A stretch of DNA of 62,652 nucleotides from a virus (taxonomy: Duplodnaviria; Caudoviricetes), in IMG/VR virus record IMGVR_UViG_3300027754_004386, positions 1 to 62,652 of that record, one strand, 5' to 3'. Below, in pieces: positions 17,241 through 27,768 of this stretch. The stretch's first letter is position 1, and each line of letters starts with the position of its first letter. The position numbers and the translations under genes are program-made. The notes beneath the pieces were generated by a model. It did not search any database and had not been told where the DNA came from. It saw only the letters and a list, made by a program, of their open reading frames with translations.

Positions 17241-18455
17241 ATGAGCAAAATTAGAGTATTATGTCTCCCCTCAGACCGTACGGGAGTTTTTAAATTTAGG
17301 TCGGGTGACCCTCACGTAATGTTACAAAATAATCACGGAGACGACTTTCACGTAGATATTGATTATGAACCAAGAATTAACGATCCAAACTATTGGAAAC
17401 AATATGATATTGTTCATTTTCATAGATCTATTGGTCAAGATTATAACCAATCTGAAAACATCATTAAATACCTTAATTCATTAGGTATTGTCACAATTAT
17501 GGATTTAGATGATTATTGGTTACCAACAAAAGAACACCCAGTACATCAATTGGTTGTTCAAAATAAATTACACGAAAAGATTATGGGTAATTTAAAGGTG
17601 GCTCAACACGTAACAACCACAACATCGGTATTTGCAACTGAAATTGCAAAACTAAACAAAAACGTTTATGTGTTACCAAACGCCATTAATCCAAAAGAAC
17701 CTCAATTTAATGCAGTTACAGAACCGTCAGAAAAACTTAGATTTGGCTGGCTTGGCGGTTCATCACATTTGCACGATTTAAAACTTCTTGATGGGTCAAT
17801 GAACAAATTGTCAGCATATAAAGATAAGTTTCATATGTTTTTATGTGGTTTTGACACAAGAGGAACCGTAACAGAAATAAATCCTCAAACAAACGAACAA
17901 AAACAAAGAGATATTAGACCCGAAGAAACCGTTTGGGCAAGATATGAGGAGATATTCACGGACAATTATAAAATGGTGGATCAAAAACATAAAGAATTTT
18001 TAATGACATTTAAAAATGAAGATTATGTTTCAGATGTAATACCTTTTTATAATAGAGTATGGACTAAACCTGTTACCAGTTATGCATCAAATTATAGATT
18101 ATTTGACGTATCTCTTGCACCAATTAAAAACCATATCTTTAATAGAGTAAAATCACAATTAAAAGTTATTGAGGCTGGATTTTACAAAAAGGCAATTATT
18201 GCATCAAATGTCGGTCCATACACAATTGACTTAAAACACGCACTTAAAAATGGTGAATTTACTGATGGTAATGCCCTTTTAGTTGATGAGGTAAGAAACC
18301 ATAGCGATTGGTCAAAATATATGAAAAAACTAATTGACAACCCTAACTTGGCATATGATCTTGGACAAAGACTATATGAAACGGTTAAAGACACGTATGA
18401 TCTAAATAAAGTCACAGCTGACAGAGCAGAACTATATAAAAGTTTAATAAAATGA
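17241..18455 (+). CDS. Glycosyltransferase, GT-B (GT4-like)
   Basis: MDLDDYW, FGWLGGSSH..DL, DVSLAPI...FNRVKSQLKVIEAG...IIASNVGPY. Start moved to the ATG at 17241 because of its A-rich context. Confidence 0.85.
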   Translation: MSKIRVLCLPSDRTGVFKFRSGDPHVMLQNNHGDDFHVDIDYEPRINDPNYWKQYDIVHFHRSIGQDYNQSENIIKYLNSLGIVTIMDLDDYWLPTKEHPVHQLVVQNKLHEKIMGNLKVAQHVTTTTSVFATEIAKLNKNVYVLPNAINPKEPQFNAVTEPSEKLRFGWLGGSSHLHDLKLLDGSMNKLSAYKDKFHMFLCGFDTRGTVTEINPQTNEQKQRDIRPEETVWARYEEIFTDNYKMVDQKHKEFLMTFKNEDYVSDVIPFYNRVWTKPVTSYASNYRLFDVSLAPIKNHIFNRVKSQLKVIEAGFYKKAIIASNVGPYTIDLKHALKNGEFTDGNALLVDEVRNHSDWSKYMKKLIDNPNLAYDLGQRLYETVKDTYDLNKVTADRAELYKSLIK

Positions 18456-19168
18456 TAAACATTCCTATTTCTAAAATTTTATTCTTGGACATTGAAACCG
18501 TTGGTGGGTGTCCCGATTATGAATCTTGCACAAGATTTAATCCTGAACTTGCAGAACAATTTGAAAAATATTTTGATTGGTTTCTAAAACGTTTTCCTGA
18601 AGACGAAGGTCTTTGTCCTAGAACCGAACTTAGAGATTACGTCTTTAAAAAAAGATCGGCACTTGTTCCTGAATTTGCAAAAATTGTTTGTGTATCAATG
18701 GCATTTGTTATGGATAATGGTGAAGTTAAAAAACAAACATTCTCTGGGGATGATGAAAATGAATTATTAATACAAGTAAGGAATCTTTTAGACAGGTGTC
18801 ATAAATTAGATTTTTATCTATGTGGACACAATCTTAAAAATTTTGATATACCAATGTTGGCAAAAAGAATGATAATAAACGGAATTTTACCGTCTAAGAT
18901 ACTTCCAGATTACAACACAAAGCCTTGGGAAGTTAAAGCAATTGACACAAAAGAAATTTGGCAATATGGTGCATACACATCAATAGGGTCGTTGGATCTT
19001 GTTTGTTCAACAATGGGAATACCGACACCAAAGGATGGTGAGGTAACAGGAGATAAAGTACATCACGCATATTGGGTAGATCAAAAATTAAAAGAGATCT
19101 CAGAATACTGCGAAAAAGATGTTGATGTACTTATTGAGTTCATAAAAAAATTAAAAGAGTTAAAATAA
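18452..19168 (+). CDS. DEDD 3'-5' exonuclease (PolB-exo-like, stand-alone)
   Basis: ExoI FLDIET, ExoII GHNLKNFD and ExoIII YCEKDV. Confidence 0.85.
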   Translation: MINIPISKILFLDIETVGGCPDYESCTRFNPELAEQFEKYFDWFLKRFPEDEGLCPRTELRDYVFKKRSALVPEFAKIVCVSMAFVMDNGEVKKQTFSGDDENELLIQVRNLLDRCHKLDFYLCGHNLKNFDIPMLAKRMIINGILPSKILPDYNTKPWEVKAIDTKEIWQYGAYTSIGSLDLVCSTMGIPTPKDGEVTGDKVHHAYWVDQKLKEISEYCEKDVDVLIEFIKKLKELK

Positions 19169-19776
19169 TGTTTGAAAATTTAAAAAACTTAAGAGAGGGG
19201 ATGAAGACAGTTAAAGATCTTCGTTCAAAATTAGAAAATGTTGATATGAACGACCCACAAAAAATGATGGAAGCGTTTGGTATAAACATTGACGAAATTG
19301 AAGATGCATATTTAAATATGAAACCTGAAAAACAAAAAATAGTTTTAGGTTTTTCTAGATCTAAAGACAATGCTGTCACACCAAGTTATGCTTACCCAAC
19401 GGACTCAGGGTTTGATTTATATTCCACAGAAGAAAAATATATTGAACCATTTGGTAGAGAGTTGATTCCAACAGGTCTTCATTTTGATATTCCTGAAAAC
19501 TATGAAATACAAGTAAGATCAAAAAGTGGATTGGCTCTTAAACAAGGTCTTATGGTTTTAAATTCACCAGGAACCGTAGATCAAGGATATACAGGGGAAG
19601 TCCAAGTTATTATGTTTAATACAACAAAAGAAAAAATTAAAATAGAAAAAGGTCAAAAAGTTGCACAAGCAGTTGTTTGTCCTATCTTAACAAGTAATTG
19701 GATTGATATTAGAGAATTGGAATCTGTCGAAAATAAAGATAGAGGTAGTAACGGATTTGGAAGTACGGGGATATGA
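19168..19776 (+). CDS. dut: Trimeric dUTPase with an N-terminal extension
   Basis: Motifs DSGFDL, RSKSGLA, GTVDQGYTGE, AQ and RGSNGFGSTG. Confidence 0.95.
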   Translation: MFENLKNLREGMKTVKDLRSKLENVDMNDPQKMMEAFGINIDEIEDAYLNMKPEKQKIVLGFSRSKDNAVTPSYAYPTDSGFDLYSTEEKYIEPFGRELIPTGLHFDIPENYEIQVRSKSGLALKQGLMVLNSPGTVDQGYTGEVQVIMFNTTKEKIKIEKGQKVAQAVVCPILTSNWIDIRELESVENKDRGSNGFGSTGI

Positions 19777-19940
19777 AAAGTAGGAAAGAAATAGAACAGG
19801 AAATTAAAAAAACCGAAACTGAAATCACAATGTCAGATATGAATGATGGGTGGTGGAATAAATACATGGAAGAGAAATTAAAAAAATTAAAAAAACTTTT
19901 AGAGGATGATAACAGTAGGGTTTTCGACGAGGAAGATTGA
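19773..19940 (+). CDS. Small hypothetical protein (55 aa), absent from the ORF track
   Basis: ATGA overlap with the dut stop. Reads MKSRKEIEQEIKKTETEITMSDMNDGWWNKYMEEKLKKLKKLLEDDNSRVFDEED* and fills the gap to the next gene. Confidence 0.6.
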   Translation: MKSRKEIEQEIKKTETEITMSDMNDGWWNKYMEEKLKKLKKLLEDDNSRVFDEED

Positions 19941-21543
19941 TGACACCTTTGTTGAGATGTTAAAAAAAACATCGGGACTTTCAAAAATTGAAATTATCCC
20001 GTTTGAGAATAATGGGGAATTTTCATTAACTGAGGTTTATAATAAAATACTTGATCAATCATCAAATGATATTGTTGTACTTTGTCATGATGACATTTAT
20101 TTTGATTCAAAAAATTGGGGTTCAAAAATATTAAATTATTTTAAAAGAAACTCAGATTACGGTATTTTAGGTTTGGCAGGTACTACAAACATGCCAAAAT
20201 CAGGAAGATGGTGGGAAGATTTTTCTAAAATGAAAGGTATTGTAAATCACGAACACGAAGGAAAAAAATGGGAATCAAAATATTCTGCAAGTAAAGGAAA
20301 CCAACTTGACAATGTAGTTTTAGTTGATGGTCTTTTTATTGTAGTAAATAAAAAAAATATTAAAAAACCATTTAATGAAGAGATCGGAGGATTTCATTTT
20401 TATGACGTAGATTTTTCTTTTAGAAATTTTATTGAGGGCGTTAAAATTGGAGTTATGTATGACGTTAGAGTTACACATAAATCAATTGGTCAAACAAACG
20501 AACAATGGGAAAAAAATAGAGAAATTTTTGCAGAAAAATATAAAGATATATTACCAGTTAAAGTAAAAAGAAACTTAACGTTAGAATCACCAATTAAAGT
20601 ATTACTTTCTTGTTTATTTTTTAAAACATTTACAGGATCAGAAATGTATGTTTATGAATTAGCAAAAGGTTTAAAAAAGTTAAATTGTGATGTAACGATT
20701 TTATCAGATATAAACGGACCACTTTCATCAATTGCTAAAACGCAAGGTATAAAAGTTTTACCTTTTCACGAAGCGCCTGGTTATAAATTAGGTGATGGAA
20801 AATGGGGGATTAATACACCACAAGGTATTCAAGCATCACAGCCAAATATAATGTATAAAATTTCAGAGATTGATTATGACATTATTCATACCCAACACAC
20901 ACCAGTAACAAATCAAATGTGTCAAATGTATCCTAACATTGATAAAATTTCAACAATACACTCAGAAGTTATTGAACTTGAAAATCCTGTAATTGATGAA
21001 AAAATTAAAAAGTATATTTGCATAAGACCTGAAATACAAGACCATATTGTGTCAAAATTTGAAATTGATAAAACAAAAACCGAAGTAGTTTATAACCCTA
21101 TAGATATTAATCGTTTTAACACTAAAAACGTAAAAGATGATGGATACGTTTTATTTGTCGGGACAATTGATTATTTACGAGAAAACACAATAAAAGATCT
21201 TGTTGAATATACAAAAGAAATTGGAAAGGAATTGTGGTTAGTTGGGGAAAACAAATCAAACTATTTAGAGGATCTTTTAAAGAGTTCTCACGTTAAATAT
21301 TACAATGCAACAAGTAAAGTTGAGACGTTTGTTAAAAATTGTTCTGAAACTGCAGGAATACTTTTGGGTAGGACGACAATTGAAGGGTGGCTTTGTGGTA
21401 AACCCGGATGGATTTACAATGTGGATGAATCGGGTTATATTTTAAATAAAGAAAAACACGAAGTACCTGAAGATATTAATAAATTTAATTCTTTGGAAGT
21501 TGCAAAAAAAATAAAAGAAGAATATATTAAAATATGTCATTAA
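19906..21543 (+). CDS. Two-domain glycosyltransferase (GT-A/GT2-like plus GT-B/GT4-like)
   Basis: N-terminal YNK...VLCHDD...VDGLF...FHFYD and C-terminal TGSEMYVYELA...VYNPID...GRTTIEG. Confidence 0.85.
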   Translation: MITVGFSTRKIDDTFVEMLKKTSGLSKIEIIPFENNGEFSLTEVYNKILDQSSNDIVVLCHDDIYFDSKNWGSKILNYFKRNSDYGILGLAGTTNMPKSGRWWEDFSKMKGIVNHEHEGKKWESKYSASKGNQLDNVVLVDGLFIVVNKKNIKKPFNEEIGGFHFYDVDFSFRNFIEGVKIGVMYDVRVTHKSIGQTNEQWEKNREIFAEKYKDILPVKVKRNLTLESPIKVLLSCLFFKTFTGSEMYVYELAKGLKKLNCDVTILSDINGPLSSIAKTQGIKVLPFHEAPGYKLGDGKWGINTPQGIQASQPNIMYKISEIDYDIIHTQHTPVTNQMCQMYPNIDKISTIHSEVIELENPVIDEKIKKYICIRPEIQDHIVSKFEIDKTKTEVVYNPIDINRFNTKNVKDDGYVLFVGTIDYLRENTIKDLVEYTKEIGKELWLVGENKSNYLEDLLKSSHVKYYNATSKVETFVKNCSETAGILLGRTTIEGWLCGKPGWIYNVDESGYILNKEKHEVPEDINKFNSLEVAKKIKEEYIKICH

Positions 21544-22253
21544 TAATATTAACAACTGCATATAATTGTGAAAACTACATTGAGAAATGTTTAACCACAA
21601 TAATGACTCAAAAGCATAACGATTTTAGGTGTTTTATTACGGATGATTTATCTACCGACAATACTTTAAGTAAGATAAAGAATTTAATACAAAACGATAA
21701 TAGGTTCACATTAATAGAAAATACTAAAAAAATGTACCAACCCGGTAATTACGATCAAATTATACGAGGAAATTACAACGTCAAGGATAATGATATATGT
21801 GTGGAAGTAGATGGTGATGATTGGTTGCCGGACTCAAATGTTTTTAGTAGAATCAACTCAACGTATTTAGATAGTAGTGTTTGGTTAGCTAATGGGTCTT
21901 TTAAATATCACGATGGTAGGTCAGGATTCTCATCACCCCATAGTACTTTTGAGGATATTAGAAATAAACCATTCACTCTTAGTCATATTAGGACTTGGAA
22001 ATCGTTTTTATGGAAAAATATAAAAGTTGACGATTTAAAAAATGAAAACGGGGAATACTGGGATGTTGCCGGTGACTTGGCGTTCATGTTCCCGATGGTA
22101 GAAATGTCAGGAATTGATCATTATAAATTTATGCCCGATGTTAATTATGTTTATAACGAAGAAAATCCATTAAATGACCATAAATTACATCTTTGGAGGG
22201 TTCAACGGGTCAATAATATTATCAGAAACTATAAACCGTACAATAGATTATAA
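21534..22253 (+). CDS. Glycosyltransferase family 2
   Basis: TTAYNCENYI, TDDLSTD and EVDGDDW (DxD) motifs. Confidence 0.9.
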   Translation: MSLIILTTAYNCENYIEKCLTTIMTQKHNDFRCFITDDLSTDNTLSKIKNLIQNDNRFTLIENTKKMYQPGNYDQIIRGNYNVKDNDICVEVDGDDWLPDSNVFSRINSTYLDSSVWLANGSFKYHDGRSGFSSPHSTFEDIRNKPFTLSHIRTWKSFLWKNIKVDDLKNENGEYWDVAGDLAFMFPMVEMSGIDHYKFMPDVNYVYNEENPLNDHKLHLWRVQRVNNIIRNYKPYNRL

Positions 22254-22871
22254 ATGATAAACGAGTTTTTTGATAAAATATATTGCATCAATTTAGAAGA
22301 AAGAGTTGACAGGTGGATGTCCGCAAAAAAAGAAATGGACGAAATGGGTATTCAAAATGTTAAAAGGTTTTCAGCAATAAAAAATAAAATAGGACATTTA
22401 GGTTGTAGAGATAGCCATATTGAAATAATAAAAGACGCAAAAAATAATGGATATAAAAGAATATTGATTCTTGAAGATGATTTTATTTTTATAAACAAAG
22501 ATAAAGATCAGATCAATGACATACTAAACCAATTAAATAATGTGGATTGGGAACTTTTTTATTTTGGAGCTACTGTTCATTTATATGACGGTAAATTAGT
22601 TAAGGTGGATAAAAATTTAGTCCAAACTAATTTTGCTTATACAACTCATTCATATGCGGTCAATTCCTCCATATATGATTTCATAATAGATAATGCAAAA
22701 AATTATGATATTATTGATATTTTTTATAACGATCATATTGTAAAAAATAATAAAACATATATTAGTAACCCAATGATATGTTTGCAAAGAGAAAGTTATT
22801 CAAACGTAGAAAATAAGTTTTCAAATTACGAATGGATGGTAGATTATTTTAATACTGCATTAAATAGGTAA
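22254..22871 (+). CDS. Glycosyltransferase family 25
   Basis: YCINL..R.DR, GC..SH, ILILEDD and THSYAV motifs. Confidence 0.9.
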   Translation: MINEFFDKIYCINLEERVDRWMSAKKEMDEMGIQNVKRFSAIKNKIGHLGCRDSHIEIIKDAKNNGYKRILILEDDFIFINKDKDQINDILNQLNNVDWELFYFGATVHLYDGKLVKVDKNLVQTNFAYTTHSYAVNSSIYDFIIDNAKNYDIIDIFYNDHIVKNNKTYISNPMICLQRESYSNVENKFSNYEWMVDYFNTALNR

Positions 22872-22872
22872 T

Positions 22873-23670
22873 ATGATATATTGTAATTTAAAGGGAGGGT
22901 TGGGAAATATGTTATTTCAGATTGCAACTGCAATTTCTTTTTCCACTGATAGATCGGACGAATGTTTCTTTCCTAATCTATCAGACCAGATTAATTACCT
23001 TAACCGGGAGTCAACTCACAATCCAAATCTAAATTACGCAAATGAGTATTTGGAATTATTTAAAAATTTAAAAATAAAAAATATAGAGGGTAACCCATTT
23101 TATATAGAATACCCATTTCACTATGTTGAACATCAACTCCCTAATGGTGAAGTAATAATAGATGGGTTTTTTCAAAGTGAAAAATATTTTAAAAATAATA
23201 GAAAAGAAATTTTAGAAGTATTAGATTTTAGATTTATAGATCAAGACATTTTAAAATCAAAATACCCTTTTATTGGTAAAAAAACAACATCAATACACGT
23301 TAGAAGAGGTGATTATTTAAGTCACCCAAATCATCACCCAGTGCAATCAATAGAATATTACTATAAGGGTATTGAATTACTAAAAAATAATACTGAATTG
23401 TTTGTAATTTTTAGTGATGACATTGAATGGTGCAAAGAAAATCTAAAATTAGAAAATGTAGTTTACATTGAGGGGGAAAAAGATTATAATGAGTTATATT
23501 TAATGTCGTTATGTGACAATAATATAATATCAAATTCTTCATTTTCTTGGTGGGGAGCTTGGTTAAATGAGAACAAAAATAAAAAGGTAATTGGTCCAAA
23601 AATATGGTTTGGAAACAAAATAAACCATAATACGTCGGATATATTACCTGAAAGTTGGATTAAAATTTAA
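22873..23670 (+). CDS. Alpha-1,2-fucosyltransferase-like protein (GT11)
   Basis: GGLGNMLFQ, GFFQSEKYF, HVRRGDY, FSDD and NSSFSWWGAWL motifs. Confidence 0.92.
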   Translation: MIYCNLKGGLGNMLFQIATAISFSTDRSDECFFPNLSDQINYLNRESTHNPNLNYANEYLELFKNLKIKNIEGNPFYIEYPFHYVEHQLPNGEVIIDGFFQSEKYFKNNRKEILEVLDFRFIDQDILKSKYPFIGKKTTSIHVRRGDYLSHPNHHPVQSIEYYYKGIELLKNNTELFVIFSDDIEWCKENLKLENVVYIEGEKDYNELYLMSLCDNNIISNSSFSWWGAWLNENKNKKVIGPKIWFGNKINHNTSDILPESWIKI

Positions 23671-23673
23671 TAA

Positions 23674-24084
23674 ATGGAAAAAATATATTCAAAAGTAGAA
23701 GAAGGAAAATTATTACACATAATTAATAGATTAGATGAAATTACCGGAAGGTCAGAAGTCGTACCTGAAAATAATTTTATTCAATGTGCAACATTAAAAA
23801 TGGAAAATGGTAAAACATTTCCTCCTCACAAACACATCACTAAAGATAGACATTACGCCGAACAAATAGCCCAAGAATCTTGGGTCGTTATTAAAGGTAG
23901 TGTCAAATGTATTTTATTTGATATTGATGATCAAATAATTTCTACCCCTATATTATATCCTGGAGATGCCAGTTTTACACTTTATGGGGGACACACATAT
24001 GAGATTTTAGAGGAGGACACCATTGTTTATGAGTATAAAACAGGCCCTTACGAAGGTCAAAAATTAGATAAAACATTTTTATAA
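23674..24084 (+). CDS. Cupin-fold protein (WbuC-like or sugar isomerase-like)
   Basis: PHKH...QE..VVIKG...GD...GGH..E...EYKTGPY cupin metal motifs, located in a sugar cluster. Confidence 0.7.
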   Translation: MEKIYSKVEEGKLLHIINRLDEITGRSEVVPENNFIQCATLKMENGKTFPPHKHITKDRHYAEQIAQESWVVIKGSVKCILFDIDDQIISTPILYPGDASFTLYGGHTYEILEEDTIVYEYKTGPYEGQKLDKTFL

Positions 24085-24085
24085 A

Positions 24086-24949
24086 ATGAAATCGTATACA
24101 TTAATTACACCCACAAAACACGGTTGGTATTACGGATATGGGTTTTTTTCTAATTATAGAATATGTTTAGAAGAAATTATTAACCACCACGAAAATGGTG
24201 GTATTGAAATACCTTATATTACTTGGGCAAACACAACATGGGTGGAAGACATAAATCCATTTGAAAATAAAGTACCTCATTCGGATATTAACCCATTTGA
24301 TTATTGGTTTGATCAACCTAAAATAAATAATGGTGACACAATAACAACTAATACTTACCCACCATCTAAATATGGATCAATAATAGACCATGCACAACAT
24401 TATTTTGACAATAGTCGTGAATTAGAAAGGCAAAAAACCATAGATAAATTATACATTAAACCAAAACAATATATTTTAGATAAAATTGATGAAATATATG
24501 AAAAAGAATTTAAAGGTCACGTTGTTTTAGGTATTATGGCTAGGGGAACAGAATATAACCTACACCACCCAATGTATGGGGTTTTTAACGTATTTGATTA
24601 TATTAATGAAATTAAAAAAATATTATTAGAAAATCCAGAAATAACAAAATTATTTATTGTGAGTGAAGATCTAAATTATATTAACGAACTACATAGGGAG
24701 TTTCCATCTTCCTATTTTATTCCAAATGTTTTTAGAAGAACCGACGAAACAGATGAATATATAAATAGAGTTCATTGTTGGCCAAACGTAAGTACTAAAA
24801 GACCCGACCATTGTAAATTACTTGGTGAAGAAACAATTATACAAACAAAATTACTAGGTAAATGTGATTATCTTTTTGGTCGTTTATCCGGTGTTTTTGC
24901 AGGTGCGGTACTTTGGAATGAAAATATAAAAAAAGTTTTTAAAATTTAA
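24086..24949 (+). CDS. NodZ/GT23-like (alpha-1,6 or O-fucosyltransferase fold) protein, paralogue A
   Basis: GFFS, LGIMARGTE (HxRxTD-like), LFIVSED and LGKCDYL...SGV motifs. Confidence 0.7.
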   Translation: MKSYTLITPTKHGWYYGYGFFSNYRICLEEIINHHENGGIEIPYITWANTTWVEDINPFENKVPHSDINPFDYWFDQPKINNGDTITTNTYPPSKYGSIIDHAQHYFDNSRELERQKTIDKLYIKPKQYILDKIDEIYEKEFKGHVVLGIMARGTEYNLHHPMYGVFNVFDYINEIKKILLENPEITKLFIVSEDLNYINELHREFPSSYFIPNVFRRTDETDEYINRVHCWPNVSTKRPDHCKLLGEETIIQTKLLGKCDYLFGRLSGVFAGAVLWNENIKKVFKI

Positions 24950-24952
24950 CAC

Positions 24953-25843
24953 ATGAAAAAATATTATAGTATTTCCCCAATATTTAACCCCGGTGGGATT
25001 GGTAGTGGATTTTTTTCAAATTATAGAATAGTTTTAGAAAAATTAATTAATTTTGATAAAAACCCGAATGGGATGGTTGCATATGTTAATTGGGCTAACA
25101 CGACATTTGTTGATGGATTTAATCCAATCATAGAAAATGGGTACGTTATTGGTGGTGATATGGTTATTGATGATACAAACAACCCATTTGACTTATGGTT
25201 TGACCAAGAAAATCCCTATAATTTAAATACACAGTTAGACAATATAATAATCTCGCCAATAGAAAGAACTATGAATATTGATCATACAAAACATTATTTT
25301 AACGATACGGAACTATTAAAACAACAAGAAGTTGATAGGAAATACATTAAACCAAAACAATATATTTTAGATAAAATTGATGAAATATATGAAAAAGAAT
25401 TTAAAGGTCACGTTGTTTTAGGTATTATGGCTAGAGGTTCTGAATATAATCATTGGCATGGTGATATATATGGTGTTTTTGGTACCGATGATTACATAAA
25501 AAAAATTAAAGAAATATTGGATAATAATCCAGAAATAACAAAATTATTTATTGTGAGTGATGAAACAGAATATGTAAATGCGATACATAAATCATTTCCA
25601 TCTTCCTATTTTATTCCAAATGTTTTTAGAAGAACCGACGAAACAGATGAGTATATAAATCGTGTGCCGTGTTGGATGAATGTTAGCACAAAAAGAAATG
25701 ATCATTGTAAATTATTAGGGGAAGAAACAATAATACAAACAAAATTACTAGGCAAATGTGATTATTTGTTTGGTAGAAAATGCGGTGTTTTATCAGGCGC
25801 AGTACTTTGGAATGAAAATATAAAAGAATTAATAACACTATAA
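24953..25843 (+). CDS. NodZ/GT23-like protein, paralogue B
   Basis: Tandem duplicate of 24086..24949 sharing identical DNA tracts. LGIMARGSE and LFIVSDE motifs. Confidence 0.7.
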   Translation: MKKYYSISPIFNPGGIGSGFFSNYRIVLEKLINFDKNPNGMVAYVNWANTTFVDGFNPIIENGYVIGGDMVIDDTNNPFDLWFDQENPYNLNTQLDNIIISPIERTMNIDHTKHYFNDTELLKQQEVDRKYIKPKQYILDKIDEIYEKEFKGHVVLGIMARGSEYNHWHGDIYGVFGTDDYIKKIKEILDNNPEITKLFIVSDETEYVNAIHKSFPSSYFIPNVFRRTDETDEYINRVPCWMNVSTKRNDHCKLLGEETIIQTKLLGKCDYLFGRKCGVLSGAVLWNENIKELITL

Positions 25844-25845
25844 AA

Positions 25846-26424
25846 ATGAAAAGGACAGAAATCATACAAAGACTTATAAATAAAATAGGTGCAAAAAAAT
25901 ACTTAGAGATTGGTATGGGGTGTGGAAATAATCATAATGCGATACAATGTGAATATAAATTAAGTGTAGACCCAATACCGACTGTACCAGTAACCCATTC
26001 AATGACATCTGATGAATTTTTTAAACAAAATAATGAAACATTTGATGTTATCTTCATTGACGGTTTACATTGGTCAGAGCAAGTTTATAAAGATATAAAA
26101 AATTCTTTAGACGTATTAAATGATGGAGGTTATATTGTGTGTCACGATATAAATCCACCTGACGAAGATCACCAATTATATCCACAACCTCAAACCCAAG
26201 ATAATTGGACTGGTGACTGTTGGAAGGCGTGGGTTAAATTAAAATCGGAAAGAGAAGATTTGGAGATGTTTGTTGTGGATACTGATTATGGGTGTGGTGT
26301 TATAAAATTAGGACATCAAGAATTAATATCATTTCCTGAAAAATTAGAATGGGAAACTTTAAATAATGATAGAAAAAATTTATTAAATTTAATATCGGTT
26401 GATGATTTTAAAATATTATTATGA
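25846..26424 (+). CDS. Class I SAM-dependent methyltransferase (Methyltransf_24-like)
   Basis: YLEIG, FDVIFIDGLH and GGYIVCHD motifs. Confidence 0.85.
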   Translation: MKRTEIIQRLINKIGAKKYLEIGMGCGNNHNAIQCEYKLSVDPIPTVPVTHSMTSDEFFKQNNETFDVIFIDGLHWSEQVYKDIKNSLDVLNDGGYIVCHDINPPDEDHQLYPQPQTQDNWTGDCWKAWVKLKSEREDLEMFVVDTDYGCGVIKLGHQELISFPEKLEWETLNNDRKNLLNLISVDDFKILL

Positions 26425-26951
26425 TTAATTATTTAGGTGATGACATATTAGTAGATAGTGATATTGTATCTAAACAATATGTTAATATTGTTGGGTCTCA
26501 CGTCGCAATAGACAAGGGATTTTATTGTACAGTAAATGTGACTATTGGTGACTACACACATATAAGTCCGTACGTAACAATAATTGGGGGTAAAGATGGT
26601 CACCTCACTATGAAAGGGTTTAATAATATAATGGCTGGTGCCAGAATAATTTGTGGATCAGATAGATTTGACGATAGTGGATTATTTGGTTCAATGATAC
26701 CCAAAGACTTAAAAGGAAAACAAGTTGTTTCTCCAATCATTATGGAAGAATTTTCTAATGTAGGATCAAACGCAATAGTATTACCCGGATCAATATTAAG
26801 AAAAGGAGTACTTTTAACTGCAGGTAGTTTACTTATGGGTGATACTGAGGAATGGGGGGTTTATAAAGGTAATCCCGCAGTGTTAGTAAAAAAAATAGAC
26901 GGAACAAAAATAATAAATAATGCAAAAAAATTAGGATATAATGGATTATAA
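26421..26951 (+). CDS. Left-handed beta-helix (hexapeptide) acyltransferase
   Basis: Hexapeptide repeats VTIGDYTHISPYVTI and VGSNAIVLPG, and C-terminal YKGNPA. Confidence 0.85.
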   Translation: MINYLGDDILVDSDIVSKQYVNIVGSHVAIDKGFYCTVNVTIGDYTHISPYVTIIGGKDGHLTMKGFNNIMAGARIICGSDRFDDSGLFGSMIPKDLKGKQVVSPIIMEEFSNVGSNAIVLPGSILRKGVLLTAGSLLMGDTEEWGVYKGNPAVLVKKIDGTKIINNAKKLGYNGL

Positions 26952-27768
26952 TTTAAAATTTATAAAAATTTCACCAGAACATCAATTTGCGGGTGTAGGA
27001 TTTGCGGGTAATATTTTTATTACACTAAACGCGCTAACACACATCAACATTAACGATAGAATGCGTGTTGATATGGAAACAAACGAATGTGTTTGTACCG
27101 AAAAAAATGTTAATTTACATAATACTAATAATTGTTGGGAATATTATTTTGACCAAACAGGGAAGCCGGATATGCATAACCCAACGGAGATGAATAGTTT
27201 GTTATCTGCAAATATAAATTATGAGGATAGGAATATGTTTATGTATCCTGAAAATTTTGTAGAACTAAAAAATAAATTTTATAAATCTTTTAAGATAAAA
27301 AATCATATAACTACCATATTAGATGATTTTTATAATGAAAAAATAAAAAATAAAATTACTTTAGGAGTTCAAATAAGATTAACTGATATGAAACATTACC
27401 ACAATGTATCATCAGTTGATTTATATATATCAAAAATAAATCAAATTCTTATTGATACCCCCGATATTGAACAGATTTTTTTAGCAACGGATGATGGTAC
27501 CATTATAAATAAAGTAAAAGATAATGTTGGTGTACCAGTGATTTATTATACAGGTATGTTTAGATCTGACGAAAATAATTCACATATACATCCATATGAC
27601 CGTTTTATCCCCGTAAGGGATAATCACAGATATTTGTTAGGTATTGAATGTATGCAAGAAATTTTTACATTATCTAAATGTGATTTTCTTTTAAAAGCTG
27701 ACGTTTCTTCAGTATCAATCGTTGCAATTATATTATCTGAAAACATAAAAAAAGTTTATAAGTTATGA
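26941..27768 (+). CDS. NodZ/GT23-like fucosyltransferase-fold protein, paralogue C
   Basis: NCWEYYFDQ, LGVQIRLTD, IFLATDD and LSKCDFL...SSVS motifs. Confidence 0.75.
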   Translation: MDYNLKFIKISPEHQFAGVGFAGNIFITLNALTHININDRMRVDMETNECVCTEKNVNLHNTNNCWEYYFDQTGKPDMHNPTEMNSLLSANINYEDRNMFMYPENFVELKNKFYKSFKIKNHITTILDDFYNEKIKNKITLGVQIRLTDMKHYHNVSSVDLYISKINQILIDTPDIEQIFLATDDGTIINKVKDNVGVPVIYYTGMFRSDENNSHIHPYDRFIPVRDNHRYLLGIECMQEIFTLSKCDFLLKADVSSVSIVAIILSENIKKVYKL

